A stretch of DNA of 64,000 bases from an uncultured Candidatus Sumerlaeota bacterium (GCA_964600665.1 CAZRKC010000003.1:24209-88208), one strand, 5' to 3'; shown: positions 1 to 10,446, numbered from the stretch's first letter. The notes: a model not told the origin generated them from the sequence alone. Made by a program: numbers and translations.

Positions 1-627
1 GCTGTAAAGGATTCAATACAAACCTTTTCCTTAAGTATATCGGAGGAATGAATAAAGGCAGACCAAACGATGAGGACATCAAGCATGCAAATGAATTTGC
101 ATCAAATCTTGTGAATATGCAATTGAATAAAATGCATATTTAACGACTTGCCGGCATCGAGCAATGCTATAAATTGATTATCGTAAAAATTGAACTTATG
201 TAATTTTTTCCAGTATATGCAGCTAAGCGAGCGAAATGCAAAATAAGTCAAGTTAGTTTCAGTGTGTTAAATTCTTCGCTGCCATTTTTGAGCATTCTCC
301 CAGCGGGTGAACGTTTGAATGCGAAAGCACCTTGTAGGTGAACAGTTGACACATTAGGCTCATTTATCAGAGATAGCACCGGTTCCGGAGCACTACGGAT
401 CATAAAGATATTGCCAGCACTGGCTGTTCCCATGCCTCAAGAGGATTATGAAGATCGTGGAATAGAAATCTGCAGTTGCTTCTTGTTGTTCAGGATCTTT
501 TAGGAATAGGTGTGATTGAAAACCCATATTCACTCTTTGACTTCGGAATCAAGTAGTCAATGCATCAAGAGCAAAGGAATTTGAAATATCGTGAGCCTTA
601 ATCGAATTGAAAGAGAGGAATATCTGA

Positions 628-1278
628 ATGAAATATCTTCAAAAGCTCGGTGGATTTTCTGCTTTTTATCTGGCAATGTCGTATGTATTCGGATTTGCAA
701 TTTTTATTATCGTACTCGATTATCCAAGTATTACAAACCCGTCTCAAAAGATGGAGTTGATAGTCAATCAGAAGGACATAATCTTCACGACAAATATCTT
801 AATGTATGTGCTTTTTGGTTTCTTCCTTATATTTTTGAACTTGGCTCTTTATGAAAAGCTTAAAGATAAGACACCGATTTTAATTAAAATTGCCACGAGT
901 GTAGGTATTGTATGGGCGGCCTTGTTAATTGGAAGCGGGATGGTTTCAAATGCTGGACTTATTCCGGCAATTACATTGTATCAAGCCGATCCTGTTCAGG
1001 GTACAACCTACTGGTATGCGATCGAAACGATTGCAAATGGTTTGGGAGGACAGAATGGAGAAATCTTAGGAGGGGTTATGACATTATTAATCAGTGTCGC
1101 AGGATTAAGAGGGGGATTGTTACCGAAGAATTTGAATTTTCTAGGCATCATCGTAGGTGTTGTAGGTATTATCACAATACTGCCTGGATTTGTGTCGTTT
1201 GTATCGATATTTGCCATGAGTCAGATTATATGGTTCATCTGGCTTGGAATTATCCTGGTGAAAACAACCCGTGATTAA
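628..1278 (+). CDS. Multi-pass membrane protein of unknown function (DUF4386-like)
   Basis: 216-aa ORF with a purine-rich RBS (AGAGAGGA) before the ATG. It has about six hydrophobic segments and no catalytic motif I recognise. Confidence 0.55.
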   Translation: MKYLQKLGGFSAFYLAMSYVFGFAIFIIVLDYPSITNPSQKMELIVNQKDIIFTTNILMYVLFGFFLIFLNLALYEKLKDKTPILIKIATSVGIVWAALLIGSGMVSNAGLIPAITLYQADPVQGTTYWYAIETIANGLGGQNGEILGGVMTLLISVAGLRGGLLPKNLNFLGIIVGVVGIITILPGFVSFVSIFAMSQIIWFIWLGIILVKTTRD

Positions 1279-1798
1279 ATGGTATACTGAAAATTCCTGG
1301 TTCTAAACAGCTCTGGCAATATAACGGTAGTTGTATCCTCATTAGGCCGGAATACATGCACCATGTATGGAGCGATAACTTTGCAGAGGCCCGGTTAAAA
1401 AGCGGCCAGAGAGATAGATGCCTTCACATCACCGATGGGCATACCCGAGAATATCTGACTAACATACCCAGACGGAACTCGACGCATAGAGGATCATCGG
1501 AACTCTATCCGATCTATGTGTTAGGAAAAGGAAGTCTGTTACATTCGCAGCGATAACGGGGTGAGTTTAGAGCTCGCAAATTAAGAAAAAGGCAATATTT
1601 GATGGCTGTGAAAACCTCCTTTATTGAACCCAACTGTCTTTAGGAGAAAGATTATGGTGAAAGCTTTTGTGGTGCAGCTCAAGAATTTTCCCGCAATGCG
1701 GTGTCCTTCGGTTGAGACACTCAAGTATTAGAAATAACTGTCTACCAATACCTTAGGCCTTAGGGTATGAACCCTAAGGCCCGATCTTCATCTGATTA

Positions 1799-3007
1799 TT
1801 ACTGCAAAAGTTTGGAGATAACTTTGGAAAAACGGCGGACACCCTCTGTTATCTTTTCTTCGTTAACAGCGGTGAAACACAGCCGAGCCTGATTGTAGCC
1901 TTTCCCTTCAACCGAATAGAAAGCGGGGCCGGGACGATATGCGACACCTGCTTCTACGGCGCCCTTTAGCAATTTTATACCATCGATTTTGTCTTCCGGG
2001 ATGGTAACCCATAGGAAATAACCGCCTTTCGGTTTGGTCCAGGTGACGCAATCTGGCATGTATTTTGCTAGTGCGGCAATCATGGTGTCCCGTCGATGCT
2101 TGTATAGACTGCGAGACTTATCCACATGCCGGGTAAGTTCCCCTCGCAGACTGAATTCAGCCGCGAGAGCTTGTGTCAAGGTACTACCCATAAGCGAAGT
2201 CAGACCTTTCGCTATTGACAAGACCTTGATTAATTCCGAATCCGCGACGATCCAACCAATTCGTGTACCAGGAGCGAAGGTCTTGGAGAAAGTGGTTGTG
2301 TAGATAACAAGTCCTGTGTCATCCAGAGATTTGATGGTTGGCAATTCATCGCCTTCGAAACGAAATTCGATGTATGGATCATCTTCAAAAATTAGCACAC
2401 CGTATTGTATGGCGATTTCGAGGAGAGTTTTTCGGCGTTCAAGTGTAAGGGTCACACCGGTCGGGTTCTGATAATTCGGAAGAATGTACATGAATTTAAC
2501 CTGGATCCCTACGGCCGCTTTCTCAGCTATTGCTTTTTCAACTAATGCAGGAATAATGCCGTCGTCGTCGATTGGAATGGGTAGCAGTTTACAACCAAAG
2601 GCCTCGAAAGAAGCAATCGCCCCTGAATAACTGGGTTCCTCGATAATGATATAATCGCCTGGATTGATGAACACTTTGCAGAGCAGGTCAAAAGATTCTG
2701 TAGAACCATTGACGAGCATGACATTATCGATGGTTACTTTTTGGTTTTTGGTGTTGGCCAAATCAACTATGTGTTCCCTCAATTTCCTGTAACCAGCAGA
2801 AGGTCCGTATTGCAAAGCAATCGATGCTTCATTGTCCATGACATAATTGGTAATCTCTTTAATTTGATCTTTTGGAAAATAATCTGAGTCTGGGAAACCA
2901 GCGGAGAAGTGGATAGCGTCTGGTTTCAAGTCTGCCAGGATTTGATTGATGATTGACGGGCTGGCTTTGTTTACAAGCGGCGTATAAAGATGTGAGTATT
3001 TAGACAT
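1799..3007 (-). CDS. PLP-dependent aminotransferase, class I/II fold (Aro8/LysN-like)
   Basis: 402 aa with LQYGPSAGY, NYQNPTG and FSKTFAPGTRIGW (PLP-lysine region) motifs. It is divergently paired with a MocR-type regulator. Confidence 0.85.
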   Translation of the reverse strand: MSKYSHLYTPLVNKASPSIINQILADLKPDAIHFSAGFPDSDYFPKDQIKEITNYVMDNEASIALQYGPSAGYRKLREHIVDLANTKNQKVTIDNVMLVNGSTESFDLLCKVFINPGDYIIIEEPSYSGAIASFEAFGCKLLPIPIDDDGIIPALVEKAIAEKAAVGIQVKFMYILPNYQNPTGVTLTLERRKTLLEIAIQYGVLIFEDDPYIEFRFEGDELPTIKSLDDTGLVIYTTTFSKTFAPGTRIGWIVADSELIKVLSIAKGLTSLMGSTLTQALAAEFSLRGELTRHVDKSRSLYKHRRDTMIAALAKYMPDCVTWTKPKGGYFLWVTIPEDKIDGIKLLKGAVEAGVAYRPGPAFYSVEGKGYNQARLCFTAVNEEKITEGVRRFSKVISKLLQ

Positions 3008-3145
3008 TGCTTAACCTCCCTTAAATCTTTTTAGATGCTGTTGTAATGGTGACCCTTGGAAAAACGAGCTGCAGCGATTCCCAATATATGGGCATGGCGG
3101 CGAGTGTTTGCATGACGCGATGAATAATAATACCTACAATTTAAT

Positions 3146-3179
3146 TATAGTATTGCACTCTATGAGAGGCAATAGTATA
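3146..3179. promoter_or_regulatory. Inverted repeat in the aminotransferase/MocR divergent intergenic region (candidate MocR operator)
   Basis: TATAGTATTGC (3146-3156) and GCAATAGTATA (3169-3179) are reverse complements at 10 of 11 positions, separated by 12 bp, just upstream of the regulator start. Confidence 0.4.
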
Positions 3180-3211
3180 ATTGTATGGAGGACAATAAAA
3201 GAGGTGGTTGT

Positions 3212-4615
3212 ATGTACGACAAATATGGAAATGAAATAACCTGGGTGCCGAACTTGAAGGAAAGCGATCTGCCAAAGTATCAGGCAATAGCATACTGCCT
3301 GGAAGAGGATATTAACTTGGGGCTATTGGTTCCGGGCCAGAAACTCCCACCCCAAAGGGTAATCGCTGATTATTTAGGTATTAACCACAGCACTGTGACT
3401 CGAGCCTACAAGCTTTGCGCCGAAAAGGGGTTAATTCATGGCACCGTAGGACGGGGTACTTATATTAGTAGCTATGCAGGTATTCCCCAGCATCTATTGA
3501 CCGATAATCTTGACCCGACAATTATTGAGATGGGTATGGTGTTGCCGCTTTATGAGACAAATGAAAAAATAATTACTTTTCTTCAGGATGCGTATCAGAA
3601 GGTAGACTATAGTTCGGTTTTGCAGTATGTTCCACCGGAAGGGCTCAACAAACATAGATATGTCGCCTCCAAATGGCTCCGGAATTTCAAATTGGAGTGC
3701 CCGCCGGAGCAGATAATCATTACCACCGGTTCCCAGAGTGCGCTGGCAGTCATCCTAACCAGTCTGTTCAATAAAGGTGACCGAATAGTAGCCGATGAAT
3801 ACACCTATACCGGCTTAAAAAGTCTGGCGAATCTCCTGGGGATTATCTTGATACCGGTCAGAACAGGTATTGATGGCATTGATACAACCGAATTGGAGGT
3901 TGCCTGCCGCCGGGAAAAGGCAAAAGGGATATATCTGATTCCTGACTGTCACAACCCTACAACTGCGTCAATTACCCCAGACAAAAGAAAAGAAATAGCA
4001 CGAATCATTGTTGATGGCAACTTGCTACTCATTGAAGATGGGACCTTTGGTTTTTCAGTGCCTGATAAAGTCAGGCCAATCAGCAGTTATATCCCAGACA
4101 ACAGCTTATTTATCACTGGTGTGTCCAAGATGCTGAGTACTGCTTTCCGGATTGCCTATATTGCTTCCCCTCGTAAATATCTCAAGCAACTAACTCATGG
4201 CACCAATCTGATTACTCGGATGGCATCTGCCCTGAACGCCGAACTCGTATCACTGCTACTGAACTCACCTTCGTACGAGCAAATTGTTGCAGATAAAATG
4301 GAAAAGATAAAAGAGCGCAACCGGTTAGTCGATGAAGTTCTATGTGATTATGATCTGGTTCCCAATGAAAATTCATTTTTCCGGTTTTTACTGCTTCCGC
4401 CCGCAATGTCGGATGATGAGGTTGAACGCGCTTGTCTGGCTAGGGGAGTGCAGATTTTTTCAGCTAAACGGTTCTCCGTAAGTGCTGAATCAAAGATTAA
4501 TGCGGTTCGTTTATCAGTTAGCGGCCCCCGTGATTCCGGAGAATTAAGAAAAGGGTTACAAATAATCAGAGAAGTCCTCGAGTCGACGGCAGTGAGTACG
4601 CAACTGATACTTTGA
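3212..4615 (+). CDS. MocR/PdxR-type transcriptional regulator (GntR winged-HTH fused to aminotransferase-like domain)
   Basis: N-terminal HTH (LPPQRVIADYLGINHSTVTRAYKLCAEKGLI) followed by a ~350-aa fold-type-I PLP domain. Start moved from 3185 to ATG 3212, which lies behind AGAGGTGG. Confidence 0.85.
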   Translation: MYDKYGNEITWVPNLKESDLPKYQAIAYCLEEDINLGLLVPGQKLPPQRVIADYLGINHSTVTRAYKLCAEKGLIHGTVGRGTYISSYAGIPQHLLTDNLDPTIIEMGMVLPLYETNEKIITFLQDAYQKVDYSSVLQYVPPEGLNKHRYVASKWLRNFKLECPPEQIIITTGSQSALAVILTSLFNKGDRIVADEYTYTGLKSLANLLGIILIPVRTGIDGIDTTELEVACRREKAKGIYLIPDCHNPTTASITPDKRKEIARIIVDGNLLLIEDGTFGFSVPDKVRPISSYIPDNSLFITGVSKMLSTAFRIAYIASPRKYLKQLTHGTNLITRMASALNAELVSLLLNSPSYEQIVADKMEKIKERNRLVDEVLCDYDLVPNENSFFRFLLLPPAMSDDEVERACLARGVQIFSAKRFSVSAESKINAVRLSVSGPRDSGELRKGLQIIREVLESTAVSTQLIL

Positions 4616-5442
4616 CGTCGAGAGGGTTGTTCATTCTGTCTCGCTTCATAAGAAATACCAGTCGATAAAATGAATGATGACTATTGAATTTTTGGTCACG
4701 ATGTTGTCTTTATTACAATGTCATAACCGGGGTATAGGGGCTGCAAAGAATTAGTAAGATATACCTTGGCTTATCTAGAACCCCAGACAAAATGATTGAT
4801 ATGCCCTCGAATAAGGGGGAAAAAAATTGGCCTAAGATATCTATACCATCACTGGAGTCAAGTATAAACCATACTATTGCTCCAAATGGGAATCATCACG
4901 AAAGGTGATCATTTGTTTCATTGTTGCTTTGGGAGTGATCTGATTACTAAAGCTTCGTTATCGTGTAGAGCATTATCATTGAACACGATACGAATTTTTT
5001 TGCCTTCAAATATTCTTTCGTATGTTGTAATAGGAAAATCTGATGACACTGTAGCCTGAATAAATTTCTTTAACTGTATAATGACTCCTCGAAAGGGGAT
5101 TTTTGCATTTCTGGTAGGTATTCTCATAATAATGTATAACAATAATAAACATATTAAATGTTTTTGGTATTAATCAATCTTACTCATGAAGCAGATCGCG
5201 ATTTAACGATCGGAAAGCGTCGAACTGCATTGAATCAAATAGAATATTGGCCATGATTGAATATGAAATAGCGTTACTATGATATTTAGAAAACTTGATG
5301 ATAGTCTTTAACTTTAAAATAAATCAGAATCAGCGAAGGATGAAGAATGTCGTGTGATTTATGGACTACACGAAATAATCAGCAATTCAGCATGTGGAAG
5401 TCTCTCTCATTTAATCAAACCAGCAGGGGAGGAGTTACTTCA

Positions 5443-5697
5443 ATGATTGGTTCTTCCGTATGGGATCCACTAAATTTTTGGCCGTATTTAATTGGACTTA
5501 TTGGGATCTTCTTAATCATGAGGGAATTTGTCATGTGGTATTGGAAAATAAATGAAGCCTTGGATGAAATGAAGAATATCGGTAGATCACTCAAAAGCAT
5601 GGAGAACTCACTGAATGAAGTTGCCTCAACTTTAAAGATCATGCAAAGGAACCATGTGGTTCAATCGATAGAATCAAACACAAATAGGATGGAATAG
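5443..5697 (+). CDS. Small single-pass membrane protein with C-terminal coiled-coil-like region, unknown function
   Basis: ATG 5443 follows GGGGAGGAG. One TM segment (FWPYLIGLIGIFLIM) is followed by a charged helix. It sits in an AT-rich, gene-poor stretch. Confidence 0.35.
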   Translation: MIGSSVWDPLNFWPYLIGLIGIFLIMREFVMWYWKINEALDEMKNIGRSLKSMENSLNEVASTLKIMQRNHVVQSIESNTNRME

Positions 5698-6087
5698 CAG
5701 TAAAGCATGGGCTGATTAGGTATTTGGTCGGGTCAATGGACATGTAATATCAAATTGAAATATCAAAATCGGGAATATATAATCGTTTAGATATGGTTGA
5801 ATGGTTAATCAGTTCACTTTTCTTCCTGGATTTGAGAAAAATGATTTTATCGGAATGAGTGAATGGCTTGAAAAGTGACCGCATCACGGCTTTGAATACT
5901 AACCTAGCGGGCGCATCATGAAAGACTGCAATAAGCTAAGATGATTATGCAATGAAATATCAAAGATTATAACCCAGGAGCCTTTTTCAGGATAAGGATT
6001 TGGCTGCTTCTGAATCGATATGAACATTAAGTTGGGTGAGGAAGTGGTTGGTCGTTTCGATACATCCATCGTATTAGGTGGTGACTT

Positions 6088-6549
6088 ATGGAATATCATA
6101 TCATCGGCATCAGAGACAATCATGAATACCTGGATAGAGCGATTGAATATTTCTCAAACCACTGGGACATCGATCGCCGCATATATCGCAATTGCATCAC
6201 CTATTCTATTTGCACAGATAGCACCTTGCCGAGATGGTATCTCATGCTTCATCATGAGAATATTATCGGTGGATATGGCATCATTACCAATGATTTTATC
6301 AGTCGGCAGGATCTATATCCATGGATCTGCGCATTGTATGTTAATGAAGAATATCGCGGCCAACATTTGGGAGAAAAGCTCCTAGAGCATGCGAGAACTG
6401 AAGTTTCAAATCTAGGATTTCCAAAAGTATATCTTTGCACTGATCACATTGGTTACTACGAAAAATATGGATGGACATATATCGGGGATGGGTTTCACCC
6501 ATGGGGGGAAACATCAAGAATCTATGAGCATGACTCAATACCGGGATAA
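6088..6549 (+). CDS. GNAT-family N-acetyltransferase
   Basis: 153 aa with a motif-A-like YVNEEYRGQHLGEKLLEHA. RBS GGTGGTG precedes the ATG. Confidence 0.75.
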   Translation: MEYHIIGIRDNHEYLDRAIEYFSNHWDIDRRIYRNCITYSICTDSTLPRWYLMLHHENIIGGYGIITNDFISRQDLYPWICALYVNEEYRGQHLGEKLLEHARTEVSNLGFPKVYLCTDHIGYYEKYGWTYIGDGFHPWGETSRIYEHDSIPG

Positions 6550-6604
6550 CAGCACTCAGCTGGTCCAATTCTCCGGCAAAGTCTCACAGTGGATTTTCAT
6601 ATCC

Positions 6605-6636
6605 GTATGCGATTTGATCGCAATTTGATCGCATAC
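6605..6636. repeat. Palindrome containing a tandem 11-bp direct repeat upstream of the deaminase gene
   Basis: GTATGCGAT (6605-6613) pairs with ATCGCATAC (6628-6636). Inside it, ATTTGATCGCA occurs twice in tandem (6612-6622 and 6623-6633). Confidence 0.6.
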
Positions 6637-6672
6637 AGAATATCATGATGCAAAGAAAGTCAGGTGTTGGTC

Positions 6673-7965
6673 ATGCGAATACTGATTTCGGACATCGATA
6701 CCGTAAGGCAATCCGAAGGGATTCTTTCCATTGAAAAGACGAGTGTATGCATTGAGGGGCAACACATTTTAAGTGTGGGAAGCCAACCGGAAGGATTTGT
6801 TCCTGACAAAATCATCAGGGGTCAAAACAAGTTGCTCATGCCTGGGTTAATTAATGCCCACACACATTCATATATGACCCTTTTTAGAAACTACGCGGAT
6901 GATCTGCCCTTCCATAACTGGTTATTCGACCATATCCTCCCCCTGGAAGATCGACTCACCGCAGAGGATTGTTATTGGGGATCCTTACTTGCAATCATGG
7001 AAATGATTCGAACGGGAACGACCTGTTTCTTTGATATGGTGATGTTTATCCATGAAACAGCCAATGCCGTCGCCGAAAGCGGCATCCGCGCTTGCCTCTC
7101 CAGAGGATTGGTGGGTGAAGGCAGTGATGCTGGTGGACAACGACGATTAACGGAAGCAAAGGATGAGATTAACCGATGGCAAGGGAATTCAGATACGTTG
7201 CTTCGTTTCATGTTTTCTGCCCATGCTCCATACACATGTGATCCAAAGTTTCTGGAAATCGTGATTGCTGAAGCCAAAGCCCACGGTATGGGGTTGTGCA
7301 TTCATCTTGCAGAAAGCTGGAAAGAAGTCGAAACGATTCACGAGAAATATGGGGTGACACCCACAGAATATCTCAATCAGATCGGGTTTTTCGATGAACA
7401 TACCCTGGCCGCTCACTGTATTTATCTAACAGAAAGTGACCTGGATGTATTAGCTGCAAAGAAAGTGAGCGTTGTTACGAATCCTGTCAGCAATTTGAAA
7501 CTCGGCAATGGTTTTGCTCCGCTAAAAGGAATGAAGGAGCGACATATCAATGTCTGCCTGGGAACGGACAGTGCGGCGAGCAATAATACACAGAATTTAT
7601 TCAAGGACTTGCAGTTTGTGACATTGATCCATAAAGGCGTCAACGAAGATGCAGAGATGATCAGTGCTGAAGAAGGATTCAAGATGGCGACAGTTAACGG
7701 GGCTAAAGCATTGGGAATGGATCGCCATGTTGGCAGGATTGAAGTGGGAATGAAAGCAGATTTAGTCATTATGGATATGGACCAACCACATTTTTATCCG
7801 AAGAATAACTTGATATCCGCCCTTGCCTATTCTGCCAGCGGTTACGAAGTCGAGACCGTTATGGTAAATGGCAAGATTCTATATGAGAATAATGAATTCA
7901 AAACGATCGATGCGGAAAAGGTCCGATATCATATTGAAAGAATTAGCAAAAGGCTTGTACTCTAA
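6673..7965 (+). CDS. mtaD: Amidohydrolase-superfamily deaminase, 5-methylthioadenosine/S-adenosylhomocysteine deaminase-like
   Basis: PGLINAHTHSYMTLFRNYADDLPFHNWL, HLAES and GTDSAASNN metal/substrate motifs. ATG 6673 behind AGGTG is preferred over GTG 6664. Confidence 0.7.
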   Translation: MRILISDIDTVRQSEGILSIEKTSVCIEGQHILSVGSQPEGFVPDKIIRGQNKLLMPGLINAHTHSYMTLFRNYADDLPFHNWLFDHILPLEDRLTAEDCYWGSLLAIMEMIRTGTTCFFDMVMFIHETANAVAESGIRACLSRGLVGEGSDAGGQRRLTEAKDEINRWQGNSDTLLRFMFSAHAPYTCDPKFLEIVIAEAKAHGMGLCIHLAESWKEVETIHEKYGVTPTEYLNQIGFFDEHTLAAHCIYLTESDLDVLAAKKVSVVTNPVSNLKLGNGFAPLKGMKERHINVCLGTDSAASNNTQNLFKDLQFVTLIHKGVNEDAEMISAEEGFKMATVNGAKALGMDRHVGRIEVGMKADLVIMDMDQPHFYPKNNLISALAYSASGYEVETVMVNGKILYENNEFKTIDAEKVRYHIERISKRLVL

Positions 7966-8141
7966 GGTGGCGGAACGAATCAGGCACCTTCTGAGTTCCG
8001 CTTCGTATCAATGCGATGAATGCGACTGCAAAAAGCATCTGAAATCGCATGGTTGATCAGCTCAATACTGAACTACTGGCAATTGATCATGTTGGATTAA
8101 TCAAAGCAAGGAACAAATCGACAAATGAAAGGTTGGCATAT

Positions 8142-8792
8142 ATGACAGAAATCAGACTGCGAAAAGAAACCCCTGCTGATTATCGTGAGGTTGAGAATGT
8201 AACCCGGGAAGCATTCTGGAATCATCATTCACCGGGTTGCGATGAACACTATCTATTACATATAATCAGAGAATCAGATGCATTCATCAGGGACTTGGAT
8301 TTTATCGCTGAAATCGACGGGAAAATCGTTGGAAACATTGTTTACACAGAATCCAAAATTTTGGGAGATAACGGCGAATGCTGCAATACCATCACTTTCG
8401 GTCCGATTTCTGTCATGCCGGAGTATCAGGGGATCGGGATTGGACGAATGTTGATTAAGCATACCATTGAACTGGCACGAAGTTGTGGGTATAAAGCAAT
8501 ATTGATTTACGGTGATCCTGATTACTACAGCAGATTCGGTTTTGTTGCGGCCGAAACATATGATATCCGAACCCCTGATGATATGTACGCAGCGCCACTC
8601 CAGGTACTGGAGTTATATCCAGGAGCGCTATATGGGTGTTCCGGGCGTTTTTTCGAAGATACTGACTATGAGATCGATGCAGCGGCAGCCGCTGAATTTG
8701 ATAAAATATTTCCTCACAAAGATCGACTCAGTGGATTACCAACGCAAAGAAGATTTGAGGAGCTCGTCAAATCGAGAAAACCGAGATTATGA
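8142..8792 (+). CDS. GNAT-family N-acetyltransferase (YhbS-like)
   Basis: VMPEYQGIGIGRMLIKHTIELA acetyl-CoA motif. The N-terminal 31 codons of the ORF-track call were dropped in favour of ATG 8142 (MTEIRLRKETPADY). Confidence 0.75.
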   Translation: MTEIRLRKETPADYREVENVTREAFWNHHSPGCDEHYLLHIIRESDAFIRDLDFIAEIDGKIVGNIVYTESKILGDNGECCNTITFGPISVMPEYQGIGIGRMLIKHTIELARSCGYKAILIYGDPDYYSRFGFVAAETYDIRTPDDMYAAPLQVLELYPGALYGCSGRFFEDTDYEIDAAAAAEFDKIFPHKDRLSGLPTQRRFEELVKSRKPRL

Positions 8793-9102
8793 TACAATCT
8801 TGGGCTCAATGTGTGCGCGGTCGAATCATATTTGGGAATTGATTTCATAAGGAAATTGCGTTAAATATTAAACGAACAATATTCTCTTATCTTCTCCGGT
8901 GTGTAGTGCCTATATTATTCGCTGTCTGAACAAAAGGGCATGCCAGGAATTTGGTGCAAACTCCCCCATTCAGATGGAGCTTCGAGGATCACACAGAAAA
9001 TTGATGTGAAGGTAGTTGCATTTGAAATTTCGAAAGTCATTATTATTAGTAATGTTTTAGGAATGGATTCAAAACGAATTCAAGATGAATGGAGGTAGAC
9101 AT

Positions 9103-10437
9103 ATGCTCAAATTCCCGGAGGGGTTTATGTGGGGAACGGCCACTTCTGCTTACCAGATTGAAGGAGCTTGGAATCAAGACGGAAAAGCCATGAGCATTTG
9201 GGATGAATTTGTGAGAAGGCCCAACACCATCAAAAACGGGGATACCGGGGATATTGCCTGTGATCACTATACTCGTTACAAAGAAGATATTCGTCTACTT
9301 AAAGAACTTGGAGTCAAAGCATACCGGTTTTCCCTGTCATGGCCGCGGATCATCCCAGCAGGTGCTGGTGCTGTCAACCAGAAAGGTTTGGACTTTTATA
9401 AACGCATCCTGGATGAACTGCACCACCATGGCATCATGCCCTTTGTCACTTTGTACCACTGGGATCTGCCCCAGGCACTTCAAGAACACGGCGGCTGGAC
9501 CCAGCGGGATATCGTGGGGCATTTTTCTGACTACACCGAAACGGTGGTCAAAAACCTGGGCGGTATGATCCATCACTATATCATCATCAATGAACCGTCG
9601 GTGATTGCCTATGTGGGCCATTATCAAGGGGTTCACGCACCGGGCATGGCAGATAAAAAAGCATATATCGCCGCCACCCATCATTTGAATCTCAGCCACG
9701 GGGATAGTGTCGAGGTCATCAAATCCAGCTATCCCAAAGCCACGGTGGGCTCCACATATACGCATTTCCCCATCCGCCCTGTCAGCCAGAAGCATGACGA
9801 TATTCGCGCTGCGGCCATCATGGATGCCGCCTGGACAAGGGTATATCTGGACCCCATATTCTTGGGACACTATCCGGCGATCCTGGCTCAAGAATTCGAA
9901 CCACTCATTAGAGACGGCGATCTGGATCGGATCAACAATCCCGGTGACTTTTTGGGGATCAACCACTATTCTCCGGATTATGCCCGGGCGGATCAAACCG
10001 ATGCGCTGGGGGCTGTCCTGGACTATGCCCATAATTCCATGGAGGATTTAAAGGATGATGACCATACCGACCTGGGATGGATCATTGAGCCGGAGGCATT
10101 GCACGAAACCCTGCTAGATGTGAAAAATCAATATGGCTCCCCGGTGGTCTACATCACCGAAGGGGGATGTGCCTACAATGATGAACCGGGTCAGGATGGC
10201 CGGATCCATGACCAGCGCCGGATCCGATACTATGAACGATACCTGACCCAGGTCAAAAAGGCAATGGATGCGGGTGTAGATGTGCGGGGATATTTCGCAT
10301 GGAGTTTTCTGGATAATTTCGAGTGGGGGGAAGGGTACGATCCCCGCTTCGGACTCGTCTATGTGGACTTCAAACATGGGTTGAAGCGGATTCCAAAGGA
10401 CAGCTACTATTGGTATCGGGAGCTGATCCATGCCTAG
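9103..10437 (+). CDS. Glycoside hydrolase family 1 beta-glucosidase
   Basis: FPEGFMWGTATSAYQIEGA, TLYHWDLPQ, the acid/base IINEP motif and a nucleophile motif YITEGG (a variant of ITENG). ATG 9103 is preferred. Confidence 0.9.
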   Translation: MLKFPEGFMWGTATSAYQIEGAWNQDGKAMSIWDEFVRRPNTIKNGDTGDIACDHYTRYKEDIRLLKELGVKAYRFSLSWPRIIPAGAGAVNQKGLDFYKRILDELHHHGIMPFVTLYHWDLPQALQEHGGWTQRDIVGHFSDYTETVVKNLGGMIHHYIIINEPSVIAYVGHYQGVHAPGMADKKAYIAATHHLNLSHGDSVEVIKSSYPKATVGSTYTHFPIRPVSQKHDDIRAAAIMDAAWTRVYLDPIFLGHYPAILAQEFEPLIRDGDLDRINNPGDFLGINHYSPDYARADQTDALGAVLDYAHNSMEDLKDDDHTDLGWIIEPEALHETLLDVKNQYGSPVVYITEGGCAYNDEPGQDGRIHDQRRIRYYERYLTQVKKAMDAGVDVRGYFAWSFLDNFEWGEGYDPRFGLVYVDFKHGLKRIPKDSYYWYRELIHA

Positions 10438-10446
10438 ATCGATAGG

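Noticed and set aside
3-143. Open frame running in from the left window edge (ends TAA 141-143).
   Set aside because: Only 47 codons are visible and I recognise no motif. I cannot tell whether it is a real C-terminus or chance.
248-433. 61-aa minus-strand ORF.
   Set aside because: It has no RBS and no recognisable motif, and it is isolated in an AT-rich non-coding stretch. It may be a gene remnant, but the call is not supportable.
1356-1556. 66-aa + ORF in the 520-bp gap downstream of the membrane protein. I also checked the gap for tmRNA, RNase P, SRP RNA, group II intron domain V and T-box signatures.
   Set aside because: The ORF has no RBS and an Arg/His-rich, improbable composition. None of the conserved RNA signatures was found. 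The hairpin at about 1760-1785 is probably the aminotransferase terminator.
4918-5142. 74-codon minus-strand ORF (TTG start; internal ATG at 5127).
   Set aside because: It has no Shine-Dalgarno sequence. I considered toxin-antitoxin, AbrB and RelE-like folds, but no motif fits.
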